Shown: positions 41,204 to 52,300, counted from the first letter of the stretch. The stretch: 64,000 nt of DNA from Nitrospinota bacterium (GCA_942491805.1 CALOCG010000035.1:96408-160407); one strand, 5' to 3'. Numbers and translations are program-made. Notes: generated by a model not told the origin, from the sequence alone.

Positions 41204-42058
41204 CTACTTTCTTTTCGTTTGAGCGACGGCGATCCGGTCGAGCCCGGCCAGATCGGGAATGACGGCGACCGACGCGAAGGCCCTGGCGCTCTCGATAATA
41301 CCCCGAACCGCCTCCCCGTGCTCGTCGCCGATCTCAATCATCAGCCATCCCCCCGGCGTCAGATGATCGGGAGCGTCGTCGACGAGGCGACGAACGACGT
41401 TAAGCCCGTCGGCTCCGGCGAAAAGAGCCGACGGCGGCTCGTGTCGGCGCACCCCCTCGGCGACGGTCGTGGCGCCGTCGGCGACGTAGGGGGGGTTCGA
41501 TACGATCAGGTCGAAACTTCCGCCCAACGGCGCCAGCAGGTCTCCTTCAAGAAAGGTCACCCGGTCGGCGACGCCATGTCGTTGGCCGTTCCCGTTCGCC
41601 ACGGCGAGAGCCTCCGCCGAAATATCGACGGCGACGATTCCCCACGCAAGGCGTTCGCACGCAAAGGTGACGGCGATGCAGCCGCTCCCGGTTCCGATAT
41701 CGGCGACCCGGGCGGGGCGATCGTCGAACCGGGTCAAGGCGGCCTCTACCAGGCCTTCGGTCTCTGGCCGGGGGATTAACGTCGCCGGGGTAACGGTGAA
41801 GGAGCGTCCGTAGAATTCCTGTTCGCCGACGATATAGGCGACCGGCTCGTGGCCGAGCCGTCGGACGAGACAGCTTTCGTAACGTTCGAGCGTGTCGTCG
41901 GGAACCGTATCGGGGCCGCGCATGACGAGCCGGGTCCGGTCGATATCGGCGGCATGGGCGAGCAGAATGTCGGCGTCGAGGCGGGGGGTGTCGAACCCGG
42001 CTTCTTTCAATCGGCGGGCGCCGTCGTGAGCGGCGCGGGCGTAGTCGATCCGGGTCAC
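41204..42058 (-). CDS. prmC: Release factor glutamine methyltransferase
   Basis: [23 protein letters not shown]. Confidence 0.96.
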   Translation of the reverse strand: MTRIDYARAAHDGARRLKEAGFDTPRLDADILLAHAADIDRTRLVMRGPDTVPDDTLERYESCLVRRLGHEPVAYIVGEQEFYGRSFTVTPATLIPRPETEGLVEAALTRFDDRPARVADIGTGSGCIAVTFACERLAWGIVAVDISAEALAVANGNGQRHGVADRVTFLEGDLLAPLGGSFDLIVSNPPYVADGATTVAEGVRRHEPPSALFAGADGLNVVRRLVDDAPDHLTPGGWLMIEIGDEHGEAVRGIIESARAFASVAVIPDLAGLDRIAVAQTKRK

Positions 42059-43134
42059 CCGGCGGCCACCCCTTGCTCCTTTAACGCCTTCTCCTGCGCG
42101 GCGTAGTTCAAGGCGTCGATCATTTCGTCGAGCGCCCCGTTAATGAACGCTTCAAGCTTGTAGAGGGTCAGGTTGATCCGATGGTCGCTGACCCGCCCTT
42201 GCGGAAAGTTATAGGTGCGGATACGTTCCGACCGATCACCGGAGCCGACTTGGCTCTTCCGGGCGGCGCCCCGTTTGTCGGCCTCTTCTCGCTCTCTGAG
42301 GTCTTGCAACCGGGAGAGCAACACCCGCATCCCCTTGGCCTTGTTCTTGTGCTGGCTTTTTTCGTCCTGCATGGAGACGACAAGCCCGGTCGGGATGTGG
42401 GTGATCCGCACGGCCGAGTCGGTGGTGTTGACCGACTGACCGCCGGGGCCGGACGACCGATAGATATCGATTTTCAGGTCGCTGGGGTCGAGATCGACTT
42501 CGACCTCTTCGGCTTCCGGGAGGATGGCGACGGTGACGGCGGAGGTGTGGATACGCCCTTGCGTCTCGGTGTCGGGAACTCGCTGGACCCGATGAACCCC
42601 CGATTCGTATTTCAACCGGGAGTAGGCGCCTTTGCCGGTGATGGAGCAGATGATCTCTTTAAAACCGCCGACGCCGGTTTCGGAGCAGGAAAGAATTTCC
42701 ACTTTCCATTTTTGCTCTTCGGCGTAGCGGCCGTACATCCGAAACAGATCGGCGGCGAAAAGGCCGGCCTCGTCACCGCCGGTTCCGGCGCGGATTTCCA
42801 AGATGACGTTTTTGTCGTCGTTGGGGTCTTTGGGGAGAAGCATCAGCCGCAACGACCGTTCGAGGGCTTCGACCTTCGGGGTCAGCTCTTCGACCTCCTC
42901 TTCGGCCATCTCGACCATCTCCGGGTCGGCGTCGTCGCGAACCACCGCCTTGGCTCCGGCCAGGTCGGCGTCGAGCTTTTTCAGGCGGGCGTAGTCGGCG
43001 GCGACATCGCGCAACTCGGCGTGTTCGCGGGCCAGTTTTTCGAACCGGACCCTGTCGGAGACGACGGAGGGGTCCCCCATCTTCTCGTTGAGCTGTTCGT
43101 ACCTTTTCGCTAAGGCTTCGAGCGTTTGACGCAT
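42055..43134 (-). CDS. prfA: Peptide chain release factor 1
   Basis: [35 protein letters not shown]. Confidence 0.97.
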   Translation of the reverse strand: MRQTLEALAKRYEQLNEKMGDPSVVSDRVRFEKLAREHAELRDVAADYARLKKLDADLAGAKAVVRDDADPEMVEMAEEEVEELTPKVEALERSLRLMLLPKDPNDDKNVILEIRAGTGGDEAGLFAADLFRMYGRYAEEQKWKVEILSCSETGVGGFKEIICSITGKGAYSRLKYESGVHRVQRVPDTETQGRIHTSAVTVAILPEAEEVEVDLDPSDLKIDIYRSSGPGGQSVNTTDSAVRITHIPTGLVVSMQDEKSQHKNKAKGMRVLLSRLQDLREREEADKRGAARKSQVGSGDRSERIRTYNFPQGRVSDHRINLTLYKLEAFINGALDEMIDALNYAAQEKALKEQGVAAG

Positions 43135-43266
43135 AGATCGGGCCTCCTCTGTGTAAACCCTTCAACCAGACCAGAGCGAGCCGACGTTTGCGACGCGCAA
43201 AACGACGGCGGCTCTTACTGGAGACGTGAGGAGAATAGCCGACATAAGCCGATCAGGCCTACGCCG

Positions 43267-43482
43267 CTACTTCTTGATAGCCTGGGTCTTCGCGTAGCGG
43301 CGGTTGAACTTCTCGATCCGTCCGGCGGTGTCGATCAGTTTCTGCTTGCCGGTATAGAAGGGGTGGCAGGCCGAGCAGATGTCGACCGAGACGCGAGCTT
43401 CGACACCGCGCGTTTTCACTTCGTTTCCGCAGGCGCAGTGGATGACGCTCTCCACATACTCGGGATGTATATCTTTCTTCAT
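43267..43482 (-). CDS. rpmE: 50S ribosomal protein L31 (Zn-binding type)
   Basis: [28 protein letters not shown]. Confidence 0.96.
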   Translation of the reverse strand: MKKDIHPEYVESVIHCACGNEVKTRGVEARVSVDICSACHPFYTGKQKLIDTAGRIEKFNRRYAKTQAIKK

Positions 43483-43624
43483 GATCTCTCCTGGTCCTTC
43501 GCTCATAAAAGGTCCGTTGCTGGGTCGAAACGAGGGATGATAGCAGATCGGGGGGATATTTCAACATCTTTTAGCCTCCCGATTCTCGTATCATAAAACA
43601 AAATCGCTCTCCCGGAGACCCCAC

Positions 43625-44545
43625 ATGCGACGACTCGTCCTCCCCCTGTTCCTTACGATCCTTGCCGGATGCGGCGCCGTGGAGGATTTCCTGGCCCAAC
43701 AGCAGGCCGATCTCTCCAATTATTACGACACCGACCCCGACGCCCGCTCCTGCCAAACCGGCGCATTGAAAGAGTCGGAACGGCAAGAGGTTTTGACCCG
43801 TCTCAACGAAATCAGGAACCTGCACGGACTTCCCCCGGTCGCCTACGAATCGTCGTGGAACACGCAGGTCGACCAAGCGGCGCTCATTTTCGTCGCCAAC
43901 GGTTCGATCACCCACTATCCGAACGACCAGTGGCGTTGCTACACCGAAGACGGAGCGACCGGGGCGGCGGCGAGCAATATCTCTATACGAACGCTCGGCT
44001 CCGGGTTGAGCTCCTATTCCTTCATCGTCGGCTGGCTCATCGACAATCACGACGTGGCGGGCGGAACCGGCCATCGGCAATGGCTGCTCGATCCGTTCAT
44101 GTCGAAAATCGCCTTCGGACGGGTCGACGGACAACCGGCCGTCGACGACACCATGGTGACCGGCGCGGCGTTAAAAGTGATCGGCGCCACCCAGTCGGCG
44201 GGGAATATGGTCAACGATTTCGTCGCCTACCCCTACGGCGAATATCCCTCCGACCTGGTTGACACCGGCTACTGGCTCTCCTTCTCCCCCATCGCCGACA
44301 AAAACAGCTACGGCGGCGCCAACGTCTCTACCGACATGTCGGTCGCCACGGTGACGATGACCGACGAACATGGTTCGACCGTCGCCGTCAGCGCGACCGC
44401 CTACGAGAATACCGGAGGCGCCCCACTGGCGGTGGTTCAATGGAAAGCGGCGATTACGGCGGGGGTCACGTATACGGTGACGGTGACCGGCGCGAAGGTG
44501 AATGGGACGTATAAGAGCTATACGTATACGTTTAAGCTGGTGTAG
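43625..44545 (+). CDS. CAP/SCP-domain lipoprotein
   Basis: TILAGC lipobox; LNEIRNLHGL, GHRQWLLDP. Confidence 0.85.
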   Translation: MRRLVLPLFLTILAGCGAVEDFLAQQQADLSNYYDTDPDARSCQTGALKESERQEVLTRLNEIRNLHGLPPVAYESSWNTQVDQAALIFVANGSITHYPNDQWRCYTEDGATGAAASNISIRTLGSGLSSYSFIVGWLIDNHDVAGGTGHRQWLLDPFMSKIAFGRVDGQPAVDDTMVTGAALKVIGATQSAGNMVNDFVAYPYGEYPSDLVDTGYWLSFSPIADKNSYGGANVSTDMSVATVTMTDEHGSTVAVSATAYENTGGAPLAVVQWKAAITAGVTYTVTVTGAKVNGTYKSYTYTFKLV

Positions 44546-44795
44546 GGGGCTCCTATCCGGCTAACGCCCGAACGACGCCAGAAGCCGGAAGGCTTGCAAG
44601 CGCTCCGACCCGGAAATTATTCCATCTCCCCGTGGCTTCGGATTTTTCAGCCTCGGCTTCGATCCTGAGCGTTTCCGCATGGCGCCTTCACGTTTCGCCG
44701 CCACCGACTTCAACGTGCCGTCGGCTTCCCGGCGCTCGATAAAAAATTGGGGGCCGTCCTCGCCGTAGCCGAGAGGAGAAGGACAGGCGTAAGCC

Positions 44796-44835
44796 TGCTA
44801 GAATGGGCGTGTGTACCGAACAGCATTCAAGGAGG
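44796..44835 (+). promoter_or_regulatory. Extended -10 (TG-c-TAGAAT) and Shine-Dalgarno (AAGGAGG) of the selenoprotein gene
   Basis: tgctagaat at 44796-44804; aaggagg at 44829-44835. Confidence 0.65.
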
Positions 44836-44839
44836 GGTC

Positions 44840-45058
44840 ATGAAGGTATCGATTACCTACTGCGTGCAGTGAAACTACAAACCACGCGCCGCCAGTCTGG
44901 CGGCTAAGATTGAAAAAAAGTATGACGTGCCTGTCGAACTGGTCGGCGGGGGAGGGGGGATCTTCGACGTGATCGTCGATGGCGACCTGATCTTTTCCAA
45001 ACATGCCGCAGGGCGTTTCCCGGAAGAGGCCGAAGTGCTCGACCGGCTCGAAAACTGA
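44840..45058 (+). CDS. Rdx-family (SelW/SelT/SelH-like) selenoprotein, Sec at codon 11
   Basis: MKVSITYCVQ-U(TGA 44870-44872)-NYKPRAASLAAKIEKKYDVPVELVGGGGGIFDVIVDGDLIFSKHAAGRFPEEAEVLDRLEN*; CxxU, G-FDV-VDG-LIFSK and GRFP are Rdx hallmarks. Confidence 0.93.
44873..44904 (+). promoter_or_regulatory. Bacterial SECIS-like hairpin
   Basis: Stem GCCGCCA(44888-44894)/TGGCGGC(44898-44904), apical loop GTC beginning with G, 22 nt after the UGA. Confidence 0.75.
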
Positions 45059-45105
45059 AACTGACGCCCCTCCCCCATGGCGGGGACGGGAGAAGGGATG
45101 AACTC

Positions 45106-47256
45106 ATGTCGTCCGCCCAATCGACCACTCCCGGCGCCGCCGCCGACCGGGGACTCGCCCCCCTCTTGCGTCCCGACGGCGTCGCCGTCGTCGGCGCCTC
45201 GTCGGTAGAAGGCAAAGTAGGCTACGCCCTCGTCGACAACCTGATCCGGGCCGGATACCCCAAAGAGAAGATCTATCCGATCAACCCGAAAGGGGGGGAG
45301 ATTCTCGGGCTCCCCAGCTACGCTACCGTCGCCGCCGTCGGGAAGCCGATCGATCTGGCGGTCATCGCCGTCCCGACCGCCCGGGTCCTCGACGCCGTCA
45401 AAGAGGCGACCGGGGCCGGAGTCAAAGGGGTGGTGGTCATTACCGCCGGGTTCCGGGAAGTAGGACACGAAGGGGAGACGATGGAAAACGCCGTTGTCGA
45501 AGTCTGCCGGTCGCACGGAGTTCGGATGCTGGGGCCGAACTGCTTGGGGGTCATCAACACCCACCACAACCTGAACGCCTCCTTCGCCAAACGGCATCCC
45601 CGTCAAGGGGGGATCACGGTCATTTCCCAGTCGGGAGCGTTGCTCACCGCCATTCTCGACTACGCCGCCATGCGGCATCTGGGCATCTCCAAGATGGTCT
45701 CCATCGGCAACAAAGCCGACCTGAACGAAATCGATTTCTTGAAGACCTTCGCCGACGATCCCGAGACCGACGTCATCGTCGGCTATCTGGAGAGCATCGG
45801 CGACGGCGAGGCGTTCATTAAAGCCGCCGAAGAGGCCTCCACCAAAAAGCCGGTGGTTCTGATGAAAGTCGGCTCCACCGCCGCCGGACAGAAAGCGGCC
45901 AGTTCCCACACCGGAAGTCTGGCCGGGGCCGATGTCGCCTACGGCGCCGCCTTCTCCCGCTCGGGCGTCATTCGGGCCGACTCGTTCGAAGCCCTGTTCG
46001 ACAACGCCATGGCGCTGGCGTTACAACCGTTGCCCAAAGGGCCGAAAGTCGCCGTCATCACCAACGCCGGCGGCCCCGGCATCATGTGCGCCGACGCCAT
46101 CGAAAAAGAGGGGATGACCGTCGCCGAATTGTCGGGGGCCGGCGCCGCCGCTTTGGCCGCCACCCTGCCTGCCGCCGCTTCGGTCGGCAACCCGATCGAC
46201 GTGTTAGGCGACGCCGATCCAGAGCGATACGCCACCGCTCTCACCGCCGCTTTGCAGGACGACGCCGTCGACGCGGTGATCGTGATCCTGACTCCGCAAG
46301 CGATGACCCGCCCGCGCGAGACCGCCCTCGCTTTGGCCGACGCCGCCACCGGCGAAAAACCGGTGTTGGCCGTCTTCATGGGGGGGGAAGATGTCCTCCC
46401 GTCGCGGGCCGAACTGGTGGAACGAAAATTCCCCGCCTACACCGCCCCCGAACGGGCCGTGGCGGCGTTGAAAGCGATGTGGGGCCACGCCGCATGGAAG
46501 ATACGTCCCCCCCGGATCGTCACCCGCTATCCGGTCAACCGACGTCGCGCCGAGCGGATCATCGCCCGTCGCATTCGCGCCAACCGGTTGGAGGTTGGGG
46601 AGGCGCGGTCGAAAGAAATCCTGGAGGCCTACGGTTTCACCATCCCGCAAGGGGAGCTGGCCACCACCGCCGAGGAGGCGGTCGAAGTGGCCGAACGGGT
46701 CGGTTATCCGGTCGTGATGAAAATCGCCTCGCCCGACATTTTGCACAAGTCCGACTTCGGCGGCGTTCGGCTCGGTCTCGCCAACGCCGACATGGTGCTC
46801 GACGCCTACGACCTGATGATGCTTCGCATTCAGCGACGGGCGCCCGACGCTCGGATGGACGGCGTGTATGTGGAAAAGATGGCCGACCGGGGACGGGAGG
46901 TGATCGTCGGCATGACCCGCGATCCCCAATTCGGCCCCATGCTCATGTTCGGTCTCGGCGGCATTTTCGTCGAGGTGATGAAAGACGTCACCTTCCACTT
47001 GGCCCCCATCACCGCCGACGAAGCGATGCAGATGTTACGAGCCACCCGGTCGTACGGTCTGTTGAAAGGCGCCCGCGGCGAAAGCGGGGTCGATTTGGGC
47101 GCCGTGGCCGAAGGGTTGCAGCGAATCAGCCAGTTGGTCACCGACTTTCCTGAAATCGTCGAACTCGACATCAACCCCTTCATCGTGGGGAAAGTGGGGA
47201 GCGACCCTGTCGTCGCCGACGCCCGCATGACCCTTTCTCCGCGCAAGGAGCGTTAA
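45106..47256 (+). CDS. ADP-forming acyl/acetyl-CoA synthetase, fused alpha+beta (CoA-binding + ATP-grasp)
   Basis: AVVGASS, GPNCLG, SQSGAL, SIGNKAD, SSHTGSLAG (phospho-His), NAGGPG, NPIDVLGDA, HKSDFGGV, LDINP. Confidence 0.92.
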   Translation: MSSAQSTTPGAAADRGLAPLLRPDGVAVVGASSVEGKVGYALVDNLIRAGYPKEKIYPINPKGGEILGLPSYATVAAVGKPIDLAVIAVPTARVLDAVKEATGAGVKGVVVITAGFREVGHEGETMENAVVEVCRSHGVRMLGPNCLGVINTHHNLNASFAKRHPRQGGITVISQSGALLTAILDYAAMRHLGISKMVSIGNKADLNEIDFLKTFADDPETDVIVGYLESIGDGEAFIKAAEEASTKKPVVLMKVGSTAAGQKAASSHTGSLAGADVAYGAAFSRSGVIRADSFEALFDNAMALALQPLPKGPKVAVITNAGGPGIMCADAIEKEGMTVAELSGAGAAALAATLPAAASVGNPIDVLGDADPERYATALTAALQDDAVDAVIVILTPQAMTRPRETALALADAATGEKPVLAVFMGGEDVLPSRAELVERKFPAYTAPERAVAALKAMWGHAAWKIRPPRIVTRYPVNRRRAERIIARRIRANRLEVGEARSKEILEAYGFTIPQGELATTAEEAVEVAERVGYPVVMKIASPDILHKSDFGGVRLGLANADMVLDAYDLMMLRIQRRAPDARMDGVYVEKMADRGREVIVGMTRDPQFGPMLMFGLGGIFVEVMKDVTFHLAPITADEAMQMLRATRSYGLLKGARGESGVDLGAVAEGLQRISQLVTDFPEIVELDINPFIVGKVGSDPVVADARMTLSPRKER

Positions 47257-47259
47257 ACC

Positions 47260-49149
47260 ATGGCTCACGACAAAGCGGCGGTCGAGCTCGATACGAACTG
47301 GCGGACGACCTACGCCGACATGCTCTCGACTCCGTCACAAGCGGCCACCCGCATTAACTCCGGCGACCGGGTTTTCATCGGCACCGGTTGCGCCCAACCG
47401 TCGGCTCTGACCACCGCGCTCACTGATCGGGCGCCCAAGCTCAATGACGTCGAGATCGTCCATCTCCTCACTTTCGGCGACGCCCCCTACGCCACGCCGG
47501 AACTGGCCGATAAGTTCCGGGTCAACTCTTTCTTCGTCGCCGAGAACGTCAGGAGCGTCATCCAGCAAGGGTACGGTAGCTATACCCCGATTTTTCTCTC
47601 CGACATCCCCCGTCTTTTCACCTCCGGTCGGTTGCCGCTCGACGTCGCTCTGATACAGGTCTCTCTCCCCGACCATCGGGGACGGGTCAGCCTCGGGGTC
47701 TCGGTCGACATCGTCAAAGCCGCCACCCGGACCGCCAGCCTGGTGGTGGCGCAGGTGAACGCCAATATGCCTTACACCATGGGGAACAGCCTGATGTCGG
47801 TCCACGATCTCGATATCCTCGTCCCGTGCGACGAGCCGTTGGTGGAGCGGGTGCAGATGGAGCCGAACCCGACATCCGACGCCATCGGCCGGCGGATCGC
47901 TTCGCTTATCGGCCACGGCTCGACGTTGGAGCTCGGCATCGGGCGGATACCCCAGTCGATCTTGCGTCACCTGACCCACAAGCGGGATCTCGGCATCCAT
48001 TCGGAGATGATCACCGACGAGATCATCCCTCTTATCGAATCGGGGGTCGTCACCGGCGCAAGGAAACGGCACGACCGGGGGAAGGTGGTCGTATCTTTCG
48101 CCGTCGGAACCAAGAAGTTGTACGACTATATCGACCGGAACCCGGCCTTTTCGTTCCAGGCCACCGAGTATGTCAACGACCCGGCGGTCATCGCCCGGCA
48201 ACGCCGGATGGTGGCGATCAACATGGCCCTTGAGGTTGATCTGACCGGGCAGGTCTGCGCCGATTCGTTGGGAGATAAATTCTTCTCCGGCATCGGCGGG
48301 CAGGTCGATTTCAACCGTGGCGCGGCGGCCGCGCCCGGTGGGAAGGCGATCATCGCGCTCCCGGCCACCGCGTTGGGGGGGAGCGTCTCTCGCATCGTCG
48401 CCCGACTGACGCCGGGGGCCGGGGTGGTGACCACCCGTGGGGACGTCCATTACGTCGTCACCGAATACGGGGTCGCCTACCTCCACGGTAAGAGCGTTTC
48501 GGAACGGGCGTTGGCTCTTATCTCCATCGCCCACCCCGACTATCGGGCCGAGCTTATCGAAGCGGCCATCGAAGCCAAACTGATCCGCTCGGAGAAACGG
48601 GCCATCGAAGGGAAGGTGGTGCTGGCGCCGGCGGAGCTGAATACGTCGATGGTCTTGCGGGACGGAACGCAGATTCATTTCCGGTCGATCCAACCGACCG
48701 ACGAACCGAATATCCGCGACCTGATTCATCATCTGTCGCAGGAGACGATCTACTACCGGTTCATGAGCCACGTCACCCGGTTCGCCTACGAACAGATTCA
48801 AAACTTCGTCTACATCGACAACCGGAAAGAGGTGGCGGTGGTCGGCTATGTGGAGGAGGCTCACGGCGAATCGCTTATCGCGGTGGGGCGCTATTATCTC
48901 GACGAAGCGACGAACCGTGCGGAGGTCGCTTTCGTGGTACGGGACGAGTGGCAGAACAAGGGAATCGGTTCGTTCCTCTTGAACTATCTGGTGACTATCG
49001 CCCGACGGAACGGAATCAAAGGATTCACCGCCGAGGTGTTGCGCGAGAACAAACCGATGCAACGGGTCTTCCATAAGAAGAGCGATCTGCGCGTGCAAAG
49101 CCATCTGACCGAGGATGTCTATAGTTTCGAGCTCGACTTCCAAGAATAG
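47260..49149 (+). CDS. Acetyl-CoA hydrolase/CoA-transferase fused to a C-terminal GNAT acetyltransferase
   Basis: LELGIGRIP, GIHSEM, SGIGGQVDF, VVTEYGVAYLHGK; then FRSIQPTD, YRFM, AEVAFVVRDEWQNKGIGSFLL. Confidence 0.9.
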   Translation: MAHDKAAVELDTNWRTTYADMLSTPSQAATRINSGDRVFIGTGCAQPSALTTALTDRAPKLNDVEIVHLLTFGDAPYATPELADKFRVNSFFVAENVRSVIQQGYGSYTPIFLSDIPRLFTSGRLPLDVALIQVSLPDHRGRVSLGVSVDIVKAATRTASLVVAQVNANMPYTMGNSLMSVHDLDILVPCDEPLVERVQMEPNPTSDAIGRRIASLIGHGSTLELGIGRIPQSILRHLTHKRDLGIHSEMITDEIIPLIESGVVTGARKRHDRGKVVVSFAVGTKKLYDYIDRNPAFSFQATEYVNDPAVIARQRRMVAINMALEVDLTGQVCADSLGDKFFSGIGGQVDFNRGAAAAPGGKAIIALPATALGGSVSRIVARLTPGAGVVTTRGDVHYVVTEYGVAYLHGKSVSERALALISIAHPDYRAELIEAAIEAKLIRSEKRAIEGKVVLAPAELNTSMVLRDGTQIHFRSIQPTDEPNIRDLIHHLSQETIYYRFMSHVTRFAYEQIQNFVYIDNRKEVAVVGYVEEAHGESLIAVGRYYLDEATNRAEVAFVVRDEWQNKGIGSFLLNYLVTIARRNGIKGFTAEVLRENKPMQRVFHKKSDLRVQSHLTEDVYSFELDFQE

Positions 49150-49325
49150 GGGCGCGGCCCTACGCGGGGGGCGCCACCTCGCATTACCCTCGCCGCCTTC
49201 TACGTAGGCTCCACTTAGACAGCTTTTGGAGCGCCCTCCACCGGTCAAAATCGAGGCGGCGGAGACGCCGACTCTTCGTGAGCACCGTGAGGCAGAGAGC
49301 GACCGCAAGGGTGGGGGCGCGGCCC
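49149..49325. repeat. 12-bp direct repeats (ggggcgcggccc at 49149-49160 and 49314-49325) bracketing a structured 153-bp insert
   Basis: Exact 12-mer twice; insert starts with the C-ACGC-G palindrome and contains gctcca...tggagc and ctcgccgcc...ggcggcggag hairpins. Confidence 0.55.
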
Positions 49326-49332
49326 CCGGCGG

Positions 49333-52300
49333 CTACGACGGTCTGTTGAACGATGGCTGTTCTTTGAGCAGTTCTTCGAACCGTTCCGCCGGGACCGGCG
49401 GGGAGAAGAGGAACCCTTGCATCTGGTCGCACCCTTTCTCCTTGAGAAACTCCAACTGCTCGTAGGTTTCCACCCCTTCGGCCACCACCGACAATCCCAG
49501 CGAATGGGCCAGCGAGATGATCGCTTGGGCGATGACGGCGTCGTCCTGATCGCCGGGGATATCCCGCACGAACGACCGGTCGATCTTGAGCGTGTCGATG
49601 GGAAACCGTTTGAGGTAGGCCAACGACGAATAGCCGGTGCCGAAGTCATCGATGGCAATGCCGATACCCGACGCCGAGAGGCGGCGCAACGTTTCGATGG
49701 CGGCGTCGACGTCCCGCATGACGGTGCTCTCGGTGATTTCCATTTCGAGGTGGGCGGGGGCGACACCGCTGTCGGCCAGGGCGTCGGCGATCGATTCGAA
49801 AAGATTCTGCTCGGCGAACTGGAGGGCCGACAGGTTCACCGACACCACCAGATCGGTATGCCCCGCGTCGATCCAGCGGCGGGTCTGGGCCAAGGCTTCT
49901 TTTAAGGCGTAGATACCGATGGGGACGATCAGCCCGCTCTCTTCGGCCAGCGGGATGAACGTTCCGGGCGACACCAACCCGTGGGACGGGTGGCGCCAGC
50001 GGATGAGCGCCTCCATGCCCAAAACGGCGCCCGTGGAAAGCTCGAGCTTCGGTTGATAGTAGACGACGAACTCGTCCCGTTCGAGCCCCTTCCGCATATC
50101 CCGTTCCATGGTCAACGCGTCAAAACCGCTCCCCATGGTGGAGGTGTAGGTCTGATAGCCGTTCCCCCCCCGCTCTTTGGCTTGGCGGACGGCGAGGTCG
50201 GCGGTGCGGACCAGACTGTCGGCGTCGGCGCCGCTGGTCGGGTATTGCGACAGACCGACGCTGGCGGTGACGAATAGCTCTTCGTCGCCGACGACGAAGG
50301 GGGGGGCGAAGGTGGCGATCACCCTGCTGGCGAATCGACTGACGTCGCCCCCTTCCATATATTCGAGGATGAAGGTGAACTCGTCGCTCCCCCATCGGGC
50401 CAGCGTGTCTCCCTCCCCCAACAGGCCGGAGAGCCGAACGCCGACCTCCTGCAACAGGAGGTCTCCCACCAGATGTCCCAGTCCTTCGTTGATCTTCTTG
50501 AACCGGTCGATGGCGACGAAGACCACCGCCATTTTCCCGTGGGTTCGATGGGCCCACGCCAGCGATTGGTTGAGCCGGTCAAGGAAGAGGGGCCGGTTGG
50601 GAAGCCCGGTCAGGGCGTCGTGGTTGGCCTGATACCGAAGTTCCTCTTCACTTTTCTTCAGTTGCGACAGGTCGTGAAAGACGGAGATGTACTGCTTCGT
50701 CTTTCCGGCGTCGTCGCGAACGGCGGTGATGGTCGTCCATTGGGGATAGGCCTTGCCGTCTTTGCGACGGTTCCAAACCTCCCCTTCCCATTTCCCCTCT
50801 TCGATGAGAGCCCGCCACATTTCCTTATAGAAGGGGGCGTCGTGTCGGTCGGAGCGGAGAACGCGCGGGGTGCCGCCGAGGAGTTCCTCGGCCCGATAGC
50901 CGGTGATGTCGGTAACCGCCCGGTTGACGCTGGTGATAATCGACCGTTCGTCGGTGACCAGCACCCCTTCTGACGCATGGTCGAAAATGGTCGAGGCCAG
51001 CGCCAGTTGATCTTCAGCTTGTCGTCGCATCACTTCACGGCGGGCCGCTTCGATGATGTTCGCGCAAGTGCCGAGCGCCGGTTGCAGGAAGGTCACGTCG
51101 TCGGGCCGGTAGCCCATGGGGCGGTTGGCCAGTCCCAACACCCCGACGATCCGCGATCCGGCGAAGAGGGGGACGCCGAGGAAATTGTCGATGGGGGGAT
51201 GCCCCGACGGAAGCCCCTTCGCTTTCGGATCGTTCTTCGGATCGTTGGAGATGATCGGCTGACCGGTGGAGAGGAGCTCTCCGATCAACGAATCGGTTTT
51301 GCGAAAGACGATCTCTCTTCCCTCGTACGCTTTGGCGAAGGGGGCGAAGCGTTTTTCGGGGCTGGCGTCGGAAAAGGCTTTGACCTTGGCCACGAGCCCT
51401 CCCCCCTCTTCGACCACTTCGGCGACGAATCCGTGGAGGCTGTCGGTCAGTTCGAGCGCGTCGTCCAGAAAAGCGCCCAAGGTTTTGGCCTCCCCCTTGT
51501 TGGCGATATAGGCCTGCTGGGCCCGGCGGATGATGTCGAGCAGCCGGTTGGTCCGGGTCAGACTCTCCTCCGCCTCCCGCCGGAAGGTGATGTCGCGGCT
51601 GATCCCTCGGAAGCCGACGAACCGACCCTCCTCGTCTTCGAGAAGGAGACCGGAACATTCGAAGAGCGACGAAGCGCCGTTTTTGGCCACCTGCCATTGC
51701 ATCATGCCGGAGAAGGGGACGGGGGAGAGGAAGAGCTTTTGCGCCGCCTCCATCTGGGCGTCCCGGTGGGCGGGGGGGAAAAGATGGCCGAACGGCTTTC
51801 CGACGATAGCCGACGGGGGGTAGCCCAAAAGGTTTTCGACGTTCGGACTGGCGAAGGTATAGACGCCCCCCTCGTTCACTTCCCAGATCCAATCGCCCGC
51901 CTGATCGACCACTTCGCGGAATCGTTGTTCGGCAAGGGCCAGATCCTCTTGGGCGCGGCGTTGGCGGTTGGCTTGTCGATGAAGGGTGATCACCAGCAGG
52001 AGAAAGGTGGCGCCGCCGAAAAGAAGAAAGCCGTTAAAGAGGGAACGTTGGTGGCCGATCTCCCGTTCCATCATGAGACGGGCCTCCTCGGAGAGGGCGT
52101 CCAGATCGGCCATGATGCCGTTAAAGAGGAGATCGAACTCCCGGTCGTCGGGCTGCTGGTCCCTTGGCTTATCGCGGGCCTCCCAACGGAGGCGTCCCAA
52201 TGTCACGATCTGGTCGAGCCGACCCCGAAGCTCCTCCATGGCTGCGATCCGCTTACGTTCCGCCCGCTCCGCTATCGGGCCGGCGCCGGAGAGCGATGGG

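Noticed and set aside
44566-44797. Minus-strand open frame (AYACPSPLGYGEDGPQFFIERRE...) between the CAP gene and the selenoprotein
   Set aside because: No start codon for the protein-like part, no recognised family, and it abuts the selenoprotein promoter.
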